Positions 10,479-20,951 of a DNA stretch of 64,000 nt are shown here, one piece after another. The DNA lies in the NCBI GenBank assembly GCA_963806225.1, contig CAWDXG010000004.1, forward strand, positions 3,776,001 through 3,840,000, written 5' to 3'. The DNA comes from an uncultured delta proteobacterium (GTDB taxonomy: Bacteria > Myxococcota_A > Polyangia > Polyangiales > Polyangiaceae). The notes under the pieces are model-generated. The model saw nothing but the letters and a program-made list of their open reading frames with translations. It had not been told where the DNA came from and ran no database searches. The stretch's first letter is position 1; every line of letters starts with the position of its first letter. The position numbers and the translations under genes were made by a program.

Positions 10479-11755
10479 GCCTTGCCGCTCTGGGGCTCTG
10501 CCTCGGCGCGGGCTGCTCCAGCACGCCGAATCCGGCGCCGTTGCGCGGCGGCGCCGGCGGAAGCGGCGCCTCGGGGGGAACCAGCGCTTCGGGGGGAACC
10601 GGCGCCGCTGGCGGCACCGGCGCCTCGGGCGGGTCGGCAGGCGGTGGTGCCGGAGGTAGCGCCGGCCAGGACGGTGGCGCGGGCAGCGGCGGCAGCGGCG
10701 GCAAGTGCGGCGACGGCGTCGTCCAGTCCGGCGAGGAGTGCGATGGGACCCACCTCAACGGCCAGACCTGCAAAACGCTCGGCTTCGACAGCGGCTCGCT
10801 CGCCTGCAAGAGCTGCAAGCTCGACTCCAGCGGCTGCACAGGGCAGGAGCACTGCACCGACGGCGTCGACAACGACGGCGATCATCTGATCGACTGCGCC
10901 GACCCCGACTGCACGGCCAAGTGCGCCGACCCCTGCGCCAACGTGATCGCCTTGTCCGACCCCGGGAATGCGTCGGGCTTTACCGCCGGACACGCCACGC
11001 TTGGACTGCCGAGCTGCGGGCGCACGGGGGGCAAGGCTGCGCCCGCGGTCGCGTACAGCTTCACCGCCGCCCAGAGCGGCGTGCTCGACATCGGGCTCAC
11101 CAGCAGCGCGCCTCTCGTCATATCCGTCCGGACCAGCTGCAGCAATGCATCGAGCGAGACTTTCTGCAGCTTCCTGCCGCAGAGCAGCGTTTCCATCCAG
11201 AAAGGCAACACGGTGTACGTCTTGGTCACCGGTCCGGATGCGAACGAGACCGGCGCGTACACGCTGTCCCTCGGTTCGCGCGTCCCGAAGTGCGGGGACG
11301 GCATCCGCGACAGCGGCGAGGAGTGCGACGACGGCAATCCCAATCCGGGTGACGGTTGCAGCGCGACGTGCACCATCGAAAGCGACGAGACAGAACCGAA
11401 CGACACGGTCGCCCAGGCGAACAGCTACGTCGACCAGTTCCATGCGCAGATCAAGCCGAGCGGCGATGTCGACGTGGTCAAGGTCACGCTGCCCAGCTCG
11501 GGCTCCGCGCTCACCGCGGACACTTTCGATTACGGCGACGGCGCGTGCTACAAGCAGCTGCTGGACAGCGCGATCGATATCATCGGCACCGACGGTACGA
11601 CGGTCATCGCGAGTGACGACGACAGCGGTTCCGGACTGTGCGCCCACGCCGTAGCTTCCGGCCTGGCCGCCGGGACCTACTACGTCCGCGTCAAGGCCTC
11701 GCCTTTCGCCGACACGCCGACCTTCCCGTACGTACTAAACGTCGCCGTCCAGTAG
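10460..11755 (+). CDS. Lipoprotein with Myxococcus Cys-rich repeats and a C-terminal PPC-like domain
   Basis: LGAGC lipobox; CGDGVVQSGEECD and CGDGIRDSGEECDDGNPNPGDGCSATC; DGVDNDGDHLIDCADPDC; ETEPND...GTYYVRV. Confidence 0.8.
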   Translation: MSARTVGLAALGLCLGAGCSSTPNPAPLRGGAGGSGASGGTSASGGTGAAGGTGASGGSAGGGAGGSAGQDGGAGSGGSGGKCGDGVVQSGEECDGTHLNGQTCKTLGFDSGSLACKSCKLDSSGCTGQEHCTDGVDNDGDHLIDCADPDCTAKCADPCANVIALSDPGNASGFTAGHATLGLPSCGRTGGKAAPAVAYSFTAAQSGVLDIGLTSSAPLVISVRTSCSNASSETFCSFLPQSSVSIQKGNTVYVLVTGPDANETGAYTLSLGSRVPKCGDGIRDSGEECDDGNPNPGDGCSATCTIESDETEPNDTVAQANSYVDQFHAQIKPSGDVDVVKVTLPSSGSALTADTFDYGDGACYKQLLDSAIDIIGTDGTTVIASDDDSGSGLCAHAVASGLAAGTYYVRVKASPFADTPTFPYVLNVAVQ

Positions 11756-11818
11756 CAGCGGAGCCGGCGAAGGTGACGCCGCTCATCCCCGATGCTCGCG
11801 ACGGCTGCCTATCCGTGA

Positions 11819-13105
<1,287 letters not shown>

Positions 13106-13121
13106 GCGCCCACGACGCGAG

Positions 13122-13153
13122 AGCGGCTGTCTGGGTGGGTCCTGGCAGCCGCT
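13122..13153 (+). terminator. Hairpin just downstream of eno (possible terminator, no U-tract)
   Basis: AGCGGCTGTC ... GGCAGCCGCT stem 17 bp after the eno stop. Confidence 0.35.
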
Positions 13154-13421
13154 ACACGTCACGGATACGCAGCCCCCGCGCCGCGCGGCGCGTCCCAGCC
13201 TCGTCGTGCAACGCGCCGCGAGCGCCAACCAAGCTTTCGTAGGCCATTCGGATGCGCGAGCCGTTCCCGTCGGCAGACACGTCCGGGGGTGCGCCGCGCA
13301 TCCGCGCGAGCGAGCGCCAGAGCGGTCGCGGCGGCGCGCATGGAGCGCGGCAGCCTTCGCGCGCTCGCGAGAGGGCTCGCGGCGCTCGCGACGGCGCTTG
13401 CGCGGTTGCTGGGCACGGCGC

Positions 13422-13571
13422 GCGTCTCCCGCCTGTTTTCGCCCCCAAGCTCGAGCTTGGCGTGCTTTTCAGGCGTCGCGCGCCTGTTTTCGACTCCAAG
13501 CTCCGCTTGGCGCCCTTTTCAAGCGTCTCGCGCCTGTTTTCGACTCCAAGCTCGAGCTTGGGCGCATTTTC
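13422..13571. repeat. Three tandem ~50-bp intergenic repeats with an internal palindrome
   Basis: Units start at 13422, 13473 and 13523 (GCGTC.C.CGCCTGTTTTCG.C.CCAAGCTC...CTTGG...TTTTC); perfect CCAAGCTCGAGCTTGG at 13445-13460 and 13546-13561. Confidence 0.85.
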
Positions 13572-13748
13572 GCGCGCCGCGCACCTCCACCGACGCCTGG
13601 TCGCGGGATGCGCTCGATGTGGTGGGCCCGCGCGCGGCGGAGGCGCGCGCTTGGGACCACCTGGCGCGCGCAGCGGAGCGAGCACGGCAGGCCGCTTCGC
13701 CACGGGCAGTGTGGAGGGCAACCCCAGACCTTCCGGCCCGGTCGATTA

Positions 13749-13786
13749 TGTAGCAAAATGCCACGATTTTGTGACATTTTGCTACA
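13749..13786. repeat. AT-rich 16-bp inverted repeat with 6-bp spacer
   Basis: TGTAGCAAAATGCCAC-GATTTT-GTGACATTTTGCTACA, one mismatch between arms. Confidence 0.85.
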
Positions 13787-13873
13787 GTTTGCACTGGATC
13801 GAGGCTGTTGCGGCCGTCGCGCTGGGCTGCGACCGACAGCGCCGGCCCGGCGCGCAGCCCGCGGCGCCGAGCG

Positions 13874-14770
13874 CTACTCCACCCGATGCCGCCGCGGGCC
13901 CAGGCCGAGCACGCGCAGCGGCTCGTCGGAGGCGCGGAACTCGGTCTCGTCGCCGAGCCGCACGTCGATGACCTTGTAGGGGCCGTCGAGGAACATGCAC
14001 GCCTCCTGCATCTGGCTCTGTGCCACGACGCGCGTGCCCGGATCGACCAGCACCCGCAACAGGCGGTAGCGACGGTTGAAGGGCGCGTAGGGTTCGCGCA
14101 CCACCAGCTGCAGCTTCTTCGAGCCGAGCGGCAGCACCTTGCCGCCGGCCGAGCGCTGCGCGGCGGTGGAGCCGGCGGCCGGCCCGATCCAGAAGCCGCT
14201 GGAGCGTTGCTCTTCGCGCACGCGTCGGTGTCTGAGGATGTAGCGCGAAGTCGCCGCCGGCGAGGTGTGGCAGTACAGGGCCTCGTTGAGCACGCGCCGC
14301 GAGCGCACGCGGCCGTTCACGATCACCGCCATCCGCGTCAACAGGATGCTCTTGGCGTGCCCCTCGAAGGCCTGCTCCAGCATCTCCTCGAGCCCCTTGC
14401 GCGTGGCCGCGCAGAAGAAGCCGACGCTGTGCCGCGGCGCGCTGTTCACACCGAGGATGGGCACCGAGCCGACGTTGTGCGACGCGGCCAGGAGCGTGCC
14501 GTCACCGCCCACGGCGATCACGAGCCGCGCGTCGGCGGTATCGAACGTGGCGTGCGCGTCGTTCACCAGCACGGCGCGCGCTCCGAGCCGGCCCAGGATG
14601 CGATCCACTTCCTCCAGCGTGCGCATGTGCGCCTTGTGCGCCTCCATCCAGTGCGAAACGCTCGGATCGCGGCGGCGGAGCAGCGCGCGCGCGCGCGGGT
14701 CGCCCTCCTCCTCCACGTAGCGGCTGTAGGCCGACCGCTTGGCGACCACCACGACGCGGGGAGCGCTCAC
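13874..14770 (-). CDS. nadK: NAD(+)/NADH kinase
   Basis: VGGDGTLL, VLNE, SSGFWIGPAAGSTA; GTG start overlaps the NUDIX stop (GTGA). Confidence 0.9.
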   Translation of the reverse strand: MSAPRVVVVAKRSAYSRYVEEEGDPRARALLRRRDPSVSHWMEAHKAHMRTLEEVDRILGRLGARAVLVNDAHATFDTADARLVIAVGGDGTLLAASHNVGSVPILGVNSAPRHSVGFFCAATRKGLEEMLEQAFEGHAKSILLTRMAVIVNGRVRSRRVLNEALYCHTSPAATSRYILRHRRVREEQRSSGFWIGPAAGSTAAQRSAGGKVLPLGSKKLQLVVREPYAPFNRRYRLLRVLVDPGTRVVAQSQMQEACMFLDGPYKVIDVRLGDETEFRASDEPLRVLGLGPRRHRVE

Positions 14771-15447
14771 GTGTACCTCTCCGCGAGGCGGCGGAGCGCA
14801 AGCTCCGTCTTGGCGTCCTCGATCGCGCCGGCAGCGCACAGCCCGAGCGCCTCGCCGAGCGCGAGCGAGACGACGCGACCGAAGCGTTCGAGTGCGGAGC
14901 CATCGAGCCCGGGCTCCGAGCGCGTCTCCGGGTCGACCTCGACCTCGAAGTAGAAATGCCGCTCGGCAATCACGCCGGGGGTGGGAAAGGTGCTGGGCCC
15001 AAGCGGGCGGAGCGCAGCAGCTGGCACGACGAAGCCGAGCTCCTCGTGAAGCTCGCGCGCGGCCGAGAGCTGCACGCCGGCTTCGCTCTGCTCGTCCGGC
15101 TCGACCAGCCCCGCCGGCACCTCCCAGAGCCCGCCGGTTCCAGCTTCTTCCATCGGCGAGCGCGCGGGATCGCGATTGAAAACGGGCGGCCTCATGGCGC
15201 TGCGAAGGTACACGTGGCGCGCGCCTTCCCGCGCGAAGTGCGCCACGATCACCACCGCGTCGATGGCCTTGCGATCGACCTCGTCGTAGACGAACGGCTG
15301 ACTGACGCTGCCGTCCGGGTAGTGCGCCCGGTAACGGCGACGCACCAGCTCGAGGAACCCGGGCGGCTGCTCGGGCGAGATGTCCTCGACCAGCTCGAGG
15401 CGGATGTCCGGCAGCGCCGGGGCGGTCTTGCCGTGGGAAGCGCTCAT
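14767..15447 (-). CDS. NUDIX hydrolase (ADP-ribose pyrophosphatase-like)
   Basis: WEVPAGLVE...AARELHEELG Nudix box; C-terminal IEDAKT. Confidence 0.9.
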   Translation of the reverse strand: MSASHGKTAPALPDIRLELVEDISPEQPPGFLELVRRRYRAHYPDGSVSQPFVYDEVDRKAIDAVVIVAHFAREGARHVYLRSAMRPPVFNRDPARSPMEEAGTGGLWEVPAGLVEPDEQSEAGVQLSAARELHEELGFVVPAAALRPLGPSTFPTPGVIAERHFYFEVEVDPETRSEPGLDGSALERFGRVVSLALGEALGLCAAGAIEDAKTELALRRLAERYT

Positions 15448-15459
15448 GGCGCCGGGAGC

Positions 15460-16299
15460 CTAGCAGTTCGGGCCGCAGCTCGCGGTCCAGACACCACCAT
15501 CGCCCGGTCCGAACAGGATCTCGTCGGGCTGGTTCTGGCAGTCGAAGTGGACGTAGGAGCTGGTGCGCCCACAGGCGTCGTGCGCGTCGAGCTGGTTGAT
15601 GGTGACGGAGACGATGGAGAACCCCGAGCCGACCGCGCTCGACAGGTCCAGGCTCAACGTATTGCCGACGAGGGGCAGGCTGCCGGTGATGGTCGGGAAA
15701 GTGACGGCGCCGGTGGAGGTGTTCTTCACCGCCAGGTCGATGTTGTAGTCCACGCTGTCGAGCTCTAGCGGATAGTCGGCGTTGACGGTCAGGATGTGCG
15801 TCGCGGGGTCATAGCCGGTGGGGGCGTTGGCGAGCGTCTTGCAGGTCAGGTAGGGGTTGTACGGGTCGCCGCCGTCGACGCCGGCTTCACCGGTCGTGCC
15901 ACCCGTACCGCTGTCGGCCGCGCCGGCTTCCGGAGTGCCGCCGTCTGCGGGACACGCAATGCAGCCACCGGCAACGAGGTTTACCGTCCCCGCACCGCAG
16001 GTGAACACGTCGGGCATCGCGTCGATCACGTCCGGCGCGGCGTCGCCCGCGTCGGGCATCGCGTCGATCACGTCCGGCGCGGCATCGCCCACATCGGGTG
16101 CCGCGTCGGCGGTCACATCGGGTGCCGCGTCGGCGGTCACATCGGGTGCCGCATCCGCGCCTCCGGCGCCTCCGCCGGACACCGAGCCCTCGGCGGCCGA
16201 AGCGTCCCCGGCGGGGTGCTTCTTCTTCGAGTCGCTGCCGCACGCCCCGACGAGCCCAGCGGCCAGGATGGAAACGGCGCCAAGGTGGCGGAATCTCAC
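15460..16299 (-). CDS. Hypothetical lipoprotein with DAAPDV repeats
   Basis: Lipobox LVGAC; DAAPDVTA / DAAPDVIDAMP repeats (about 16010-16155). Confidence 0.75.
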   Translation of the reverse strand: MRFRHLGAVSILAAGLVGACGSDSKKKHPAGDASAAEGSVSGGGAGGADAAPDVTADAAPDVTADAAPDVGDAAPDVIDAMPDAGDAAPDVIDAMPDVFTCGAGTVNLVAGGCIACPADGGTPEAGAADSGTGGTTGEAGVDGGDPYNPYLTCKTLANAPTGYDPATHILTVNADYPLELDSVDYNIDLAVKNTSTGAVTFPTITGSLPLVGNTLSLDLSSAVGSGFSIVSVTINQLDAHDACGRTSSYVHFDCQNQPDEILFGPGDGGVWTASCGPNC

Positions 16300-16382
16300 G
16301 CCCCGATGCTACCCGCTACGCGACGCCGGGAGAAGCCCGCCGTTGCTTGCCGGTGCGGCGGACGCAGGGTATCGACCCATCC

Positions 16383-17225
16383 ATGGCACGCTCCAGAGTC
16401 CTGGTCGCGTTGGTGCTCGGCGCCGCCGCGCTCTTTGGCCTTTCGCTTCCTCCGGCGCCAGCCCAGGCGCGTCCGGCCGCAAGCGCGAAGGCCAAGCTCG
16501 ATCTTGCAAAGCTCAAGGCGGATCTCGAAAGCGGGGATGAGACCCGTATACAGGCGGCCCTCGACAGCATCGAGAAGTCGGGGGATGCGAAGGCGGCGCC
16601 CCTGGTGGAGGCGCTGCTCGTCCGCGGTGTGCGGCGCAAGACCTGCGTGCGCGCGCTGGAAGTCGCCGGCGCTCTGAAACAGGAGTCGTCGAGCTCCGCC
16701 ATCGCACCCTACGTCCGCCACCGGCGCTCGAAGATCCGGCACGCGGCGGTCCGGGCGCTGATCAAGACCAAGGGTCCGGTCGCGGTGAAGGCGCTGCGCC
16801 ATGCGCTGCACAGCCGCGACGCGATGGTGCGGGGCATCGCGGCCAGCGGGCTCGGAGCGCTGGGTGCGAAGCAGGCGCTGCCCGACCTGTTCAGCGCGCT
16901 CGATCACCACGTGGGGGAAGCCGCTGCGGCCATCGGCCAGATCTGCGAACCCACGGATTGCGAGAACTTCGCATCACGCCTGGAGAAGCAGCCCTTCGAC
17001 ATCATGGTCAGCGGGTTCGACCAGATCCTGTTCCGCCCGGCCAAGCAGATACCCGACGACGAGAAGATCCGCATCGTTGGACGGCTGCGCGAGCTCGGCA
17101 CGCGCGAAGCGGGCAAGTACCTCGCTGATGTGGCCGGGCGCTGGCCGAAGGGCTGGAGCAAACGGGTCAAGCAGGCTTTGGATTCCGCGGTGAAAGCCAC
17201 CGGCGGCGTGGTGGAGGGCAACTGA
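16383..17225 (+). CDS. Exported HEAT-repeat protein
   Basis: Signal peptide ending AQA; HEAT-like IRHAAVRALIK and VRGIAASGLGALG. Confidence 0.8.
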   Translation: MARSRVLVALVLGAAALFGLSLPPAPAQARPAASAKAKLDLAKLKADLESGDETRIQAALDSIEKSGDAKAAPLVEALLVRGVRRKTCVRALEVAGALKQESSSSAIAPYVRHRRSKIRHAAVRALIKTKGPVAVKALRHALHSRDAMVRGIAASGLGALGAKQALPDLFSALDHHVGEAAAAIGQICEPTDCENFASRLEKQPFDIMVSGFDQILFRPAKQIPDDEKIRIVGRLRELGTREAGKYLADVAGRWPKGWSKRVKQALDSAVKATGGVVEGN

Positions 17226-18997
17226 TGCGCCCGCTGCTCGGCCTCGCGCTGCTCCCGACCCTTGCTCTCGCCACCGCCTGCGGCGGCGCCTCTCACGACC
17301 TGGGCGCGGCATTCTCCACCGACTGGCAGAACGACAATGGCCGCTCGATTGCCCAGGTGCAGCAGCGACTCGCCACCGCCAAGCTTCCGCCCGGCGCGGC
17401 GGTCGCAGTCGGCGTGACGGACAAGGGTCTGGTGGGCATCGGGCTCGACGGCTCTGGTCGCTGGGAGCACGCAGTCAAGCTGGATACGCGTCCGGCCGTC
17501 GCAGGGCAGGTCGTGGTAGGGACCGGCGGTGGCCAGGTGTTCGCGCTCGACGCGAAGAGCGGCAGGCAGCTCTGGTCGTTCTCCGACGAGGGACACTCGC
17601 TGGTCGGCGCGGGCGACGACGGCAAGACGACCGTCGTCAATCTGGGCGGAATGAACAGCCCGGGCAGCCTGGTGCTCGCCGTCGATCACCGAGGCCACGT
17701 CGTCAGGCGCCTGCAGCCGAAGCCGCTCATCGGAAAGCCCGCGGTACTGGGCGGCGTCGCGTTTCTGCCCTGGGGTGACCAGTACGTCTCGGCTATCGAT
17801 CTCTCGTCGGGCCAGGAGGCGGGACGCCTGCTCATGCGCGACCAGGTGAGCCACGCGCTGGCCATCGGCGGACAGCTGTACTTCGGCCAGCGCAATCTCG
17901 TGCGTTTCGACAGCCGCATCGACAAGGCGGCGGTCCACCAGGCCGATCGTGTCGATCTGCCGGACACCAAGCTGCCGGGCAGCCCGGAGTGGTTCCACAG
18001 CGGCACGGCCGTGGAGAAGCGCCGCGCCGACGCGCGCGACAGCATCCAGTTGTTCGCACGCCCCACCGGAACCCGTGGCAAGCCGAAACTGGCCGCGGAC
18101 AGGCTCGCGGCAACGTACTTCCGCGTCGTGCTCGGGCTGGACGGAAACGACGGCTCGCTGCGCTGGGTGCGCGCGCTGCCGGAAAACACGCTCGGCGGAG
18201 CGGCAGCCGCGTCCGGCTTCGCGATATGCGACAGCAAGGGTGACGTGTGGCGCATCGGCGCCGACGGCAGCGACGCGGGCAAGGTCTCGCTGGGCGCGCC
18301 GCTCGAGTCGTGCGTGGTGCAGGGCGGCGACTACCAAGTGAGCGGGGGCAAGGCGCCGGGTCCGTTGGCGGAGCAGATCGCCAGCGCCGTGGAACTGCCC
18401 AACGCGGAGCTGGTGACGATCCAGCGCTATCTGCTGGACCAGCTCGGGCCGCTCGAGAACCCGATCGTCACCAAGGTGTTGATCGGTCTGGCGGAGAATC
18501 CGCGCACGGCGCCGATGCTGCTGAAGGACGCCAACGAGCTGCTCGCCAAGCGGCGGAACGGTGAAAAGTACATGCTGGAGGCTCTGAAGCGGCACTACGA
18601 CTACCTGTCGGACGTGCTCAGGCCTCCGCCGGTGGCGCCGCTCGCCGACGCGCTGGCGGCGATGGGCATCAAGGAGGCGGCGCCGCTTCTGGCCGAGCAC
18701 CTGAACGACCCCGCCGACTCGCCGGCGGACATCGAGCACGCCGCGCGCGCACTGGAAAAGCTCGCCACGCCAGATGAATACGAGTCGCTGAAGACGTTCT
18801 TCTCGCTGTATCGGGCCACGGCCGACGAGCAGCCGCTAGTCGACGCGGTGGTCGCGACGGGCAAGACGCTGGTGCGCGTCGGCGGCGACAACGGTCGCAA
18901 GGTGGTCGAGCAGGCCGTGAGCGATCCGCTCACCATGCCCGACGTGAAGGCCGGGCTCGCCGACGCCGTCAAACCCGCGCCGAAGCGCAAGGGCTAG
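17225..18997 (+). CDS. Lipoprotein with a PQQ-like beta-propeller and a C-terminal helical/HEAT-like domain
   Basis: LATAC lipobox; GQVFALDAKSGRQLWSF, AIDLSSGQE, GLDGNDGSLRW blades; TGATG coupling to the upstream gene. Confidence 0.8.
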   Translation: MRPLLGLALLPTLALATACGGASHDLGAAFSTDWQNDNGRSIAQVQQRLATAKLPPGAAVAVGVTDKGLVGIGLDGSGRWEHAVKLDTRPAVAGQVVVGTGGGQVFALDAKSGRQLWSFSDEGHSLVGAGDDGKTTVVNLGGMNSPGSLVLAVDHRGHVVRRLQPKPLIGKPAVLGGVAFLPWGDQYVSAIDLSSGQEAGRLLMRDQVSHALAIGGQLYFGQRNLVRFDSRIDKAAVHQADRVDLPDTKLPGSPEWFHSGTAVEKRRADARDSIQLFARPTGTRGKPKLAADRLAATYFRVVLGLDGNDGSLRWVRALPENTLGGAAAASGFAICDSKGDVWRIGADGSDAGKVSLGAPLESCVVQGGDYQVSGGKAPGPLAEQIASAVELPNAELVTIQRYLLDQLGPLENPIVTKVLIGLAENPRTAPMLLKDANELLAKRRNGEKYMLEALKRHYDYLSDVLRPPPVAPLADALAAMGIKEAAPLLAEHLNDPADSPADIEHAARALEKLATPDEYESLKTFFSLYRATADEQPLVDAVVATGKTLVRVGGDNGRKVVEQAVSDPLTMPDVKAGLADAVKPAPKRKG

Positions 18998-19001
18998 CGA
19001 C

Positions 19002-20186
19002 TCACTGGTTCATGATGGTCGTGACGTCGGCGGTCGTGAGCGCACCCTGGTAGACGCGGAGGTCGTCGATGTCGCCGTCGAACGAGGTGTTCGTGTTGGA
19101 TCCGATGTAGAACGGATTCGAGTCGGTCACCATCGCCCCCCCGCTGCCGGAGTACCCGCTGGTACCGTAGTCGGTGCCGTCGCGATAGAACGTCATGCTA
19201 GTGGGTCCCTCGACCACGATGGCGTAGTAGTGCCAACTGCCGGCGAGCAGACCGAAGTTCGCGGCGCCGCCGCGGGAGGGCCCGCCAGTTCCGTCGAAGT
19301 ACAAGAGCTGGAACTTGCCGTTGGCGGAGGGCGTGACGATCTCCCAACCCGCTTGCAACCCGCCCGGATTCACATCCGACCGCACTACAACCGCCGGGCC
19401 CCCCACCGTGGGCTTCAGCCAGACCGTTACGCTGAAGGGCACGCTGACCCCGTTCAGCTTGTTGCCGACGTCGACGTAGTCGCCGGAGGAGAGGCTCAAG
19501 GCGCCCCCCTTCTGCCCGGTAACCCACGAGCCGCCGTGAAGCGCGCCGTCGTTGCCATTGCCCGACGAGTCGGTAGCGACGGTACCCGCGTCGTCGAACT
19601 TCCACTCTGCTAGCAGGGTGGCCGAGACGCCTCCGCCGCCCGTACCGGCGCTGCCGCCCGTACCGGCGATGCCGCCCGTGCCGGCGCTGCCGCCCGTACC
19701 GGCGCTGCCGCCCGTACCGGCGCTGCCGCCCGTACCGGCGCTGCCGCCCGTGCCGGCGCTGCCGCCCGTACCGGCGATGCCGCCCGTGCCGGCGCTGCCG
19801 CCGGTACCGCTCGTCCCGCCCGTACCGGCGTGGCCAGCTCCACCGCCGACGCCGGCAGTGCCGCTGCTGCCGGCGGTCCCGCCGGCACCCGCACTGGCAT
19901 CGACGCCGCCGCTGCCGGCCGAAGCGTCCATGCCCCCGCTACCGGCAGAAGCATCGGCCCCCGCGGATCCCGCGGATCCCGCGGATCCCGCGGATCCGGC
20001 GGCGCCAGCCGCGCCACAGGTACACGGCCCGAACGTCCCGTCGGCTGCGCATACCTTGGTGCCGACGCAGCCGTCCACCAACGTACAGGCCGCTACCTCA
20101 CCTTCTCCGCAGGGCTCGATCCTGTTCGTGGTGGAGGACGAGCACGCGGCAACCAGCAGACCAGCCCAGAGCAAGGATGCGCGCAT
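19002..20186 (-). CDS. LamG-like jellyroll domain lipoprotein with Gly-rich linker
   Basis: LVAAC lipobox; WKFDD..ATDSSGNGNDG, WHYYAIV, FDGDIDDLRVYQGALT; alternative start 20228. Confidence 0.85.
   Translation of the reverse strand: MRASLLWAGLLVAACSSSTTNRIEPCGEGEVAACTLVDGCVGTKVCAADGTFGPCTCGAAGAAGSAGSAGSAGSAGADASAGSGGMDASAGSGGVDASAGAGGTAGSSGTAGVGGGAGHAGTGGTSGTGGSAGTGGIAGTGGSAGTGGSAGTGGSAGTGGSAGTGGSAGTGGIAGTGGSAGTGGGGVSATLLAEWKFDDAGTVATDSSGNGNDGALHGGSWVTGQKGGALSLSSGDYVDVGNKLNGVSVPFSVTVWLKPTVGGPAVVVRSDVNPGGLQAGWEIVTPSANGKFQLLYFDGTGGPSRGGAANFGLLAGSWHYYAIVVEGPTSMTFYRDGTDYGTSGYSGSGGAMVTDSNPFYIGSNTNTSFDGDIDDLRVYQGALTTADVTTIMNQ
19635..19830. repeat. 18-bp tandem repeat encoding a GTGGSA linker
   Basis: (ccgcccgtaccggcgctg)n inside the LamG gene. 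Confidence 0.85.
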
Positions 20187-20284
20187 GTCCGCATCGTCGC
20201 CGCGTGTCGCCGCGATGAACATGGTCATTTCGACGACCGCTTCCGCGCTAGGGGCGCGTGCGCCGTTCGCTCGCTCGACGGCTG

Positions 20285-20821
20285 CTACTTGTCGCTATCG
20301 TCGACGCGGACGCGCGAACGGGGTTCGTCACCCCGCTCGGCGGGCTCGTCCCCGGTGGAGCTCTCCGCGTCGTCGGGCTTCTGTGCGGAGGGCGAGCGGC
20401 TGGCACGCTGCGCGCCGCTGACGACACTCTCGACGCGATCGGCGACGCGCTCCACGACGCCGAGGAGCTCTCGGCCGGCGTCCTCGGCGATCTCCTCGAT
20501 GCGACGCGGGTCCAGGTTGCGCGCGGCCTTGCGACCTAGCTCGCCCACCTTGCGGCGGTCGAGGTTCTCGACGCTCGACACGGCGCGGCGCCCGAGCTCC
20601 TCGATGCGCCCCGGATCGATGCCGCGCATCGCCTTGCGGGCGGCACGAAGCATCAGCTCCAGACCGTCGGCGAGATCGTCCGACGCGCTGCGTCCACGTT
20701 CCCCGGGCTCGCTGGACGCGGCCTCCTGCTCCCCGCCGGCCACCGGCTCGCGGGCGTTGCCGGGCTGCGCTTCCGCGTCTTTTCCGGGCTCCTCCGGGCC
20801 TGTCGAGCGCTCTTCCGCCAT
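20285..20821 (-). CDS. Hypothetical protein with an internal helical repeat
   Basis: Repeated DP(G/R)RIEE / ELGR(R/K)A segments; ATG start; fills the gap between neighbours. Confidence 0.6.
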   Translation of the reverse strand: MAEERSTGPEEPGKDAEAQPGNAREPVAGGEQEAASSEPGERGRSASDDLADGLELMLRAARKAMRGIDPGRIEELGRRAVSSVENLDRRKVGELGRKAARNLDPRRIEEIAEDAGRELLGVVERVADRVESVVSGAQRASRSPSAQKPDDAESSTGDEPAERGDEPRSRVRVDDSDK

Positions 20822-20951
20822 GGGCGTCGAGTCTGGCCACGCCCCGGGCCCGGCGCAAGCGCCGGCGAAAGCTGGCCGAACGCCCCGGCATGCCCTAGAT
20901 CCCTAGCCGACCCGGGTCCCGCGGCCCGGCCGCTTCAAGGACAGACCTTCC

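Noticed and set aside
13422..13571. CRISPR array
   Set aside because: Repeats are head-to-tail with no unique spacers, and there are no cas genes in the window
13152..13979. Protein-coding genes in the eno-nadK gap
   Set aside because: ORFs are low-complexity translations of the repeats with no recognisable motif or codon bias
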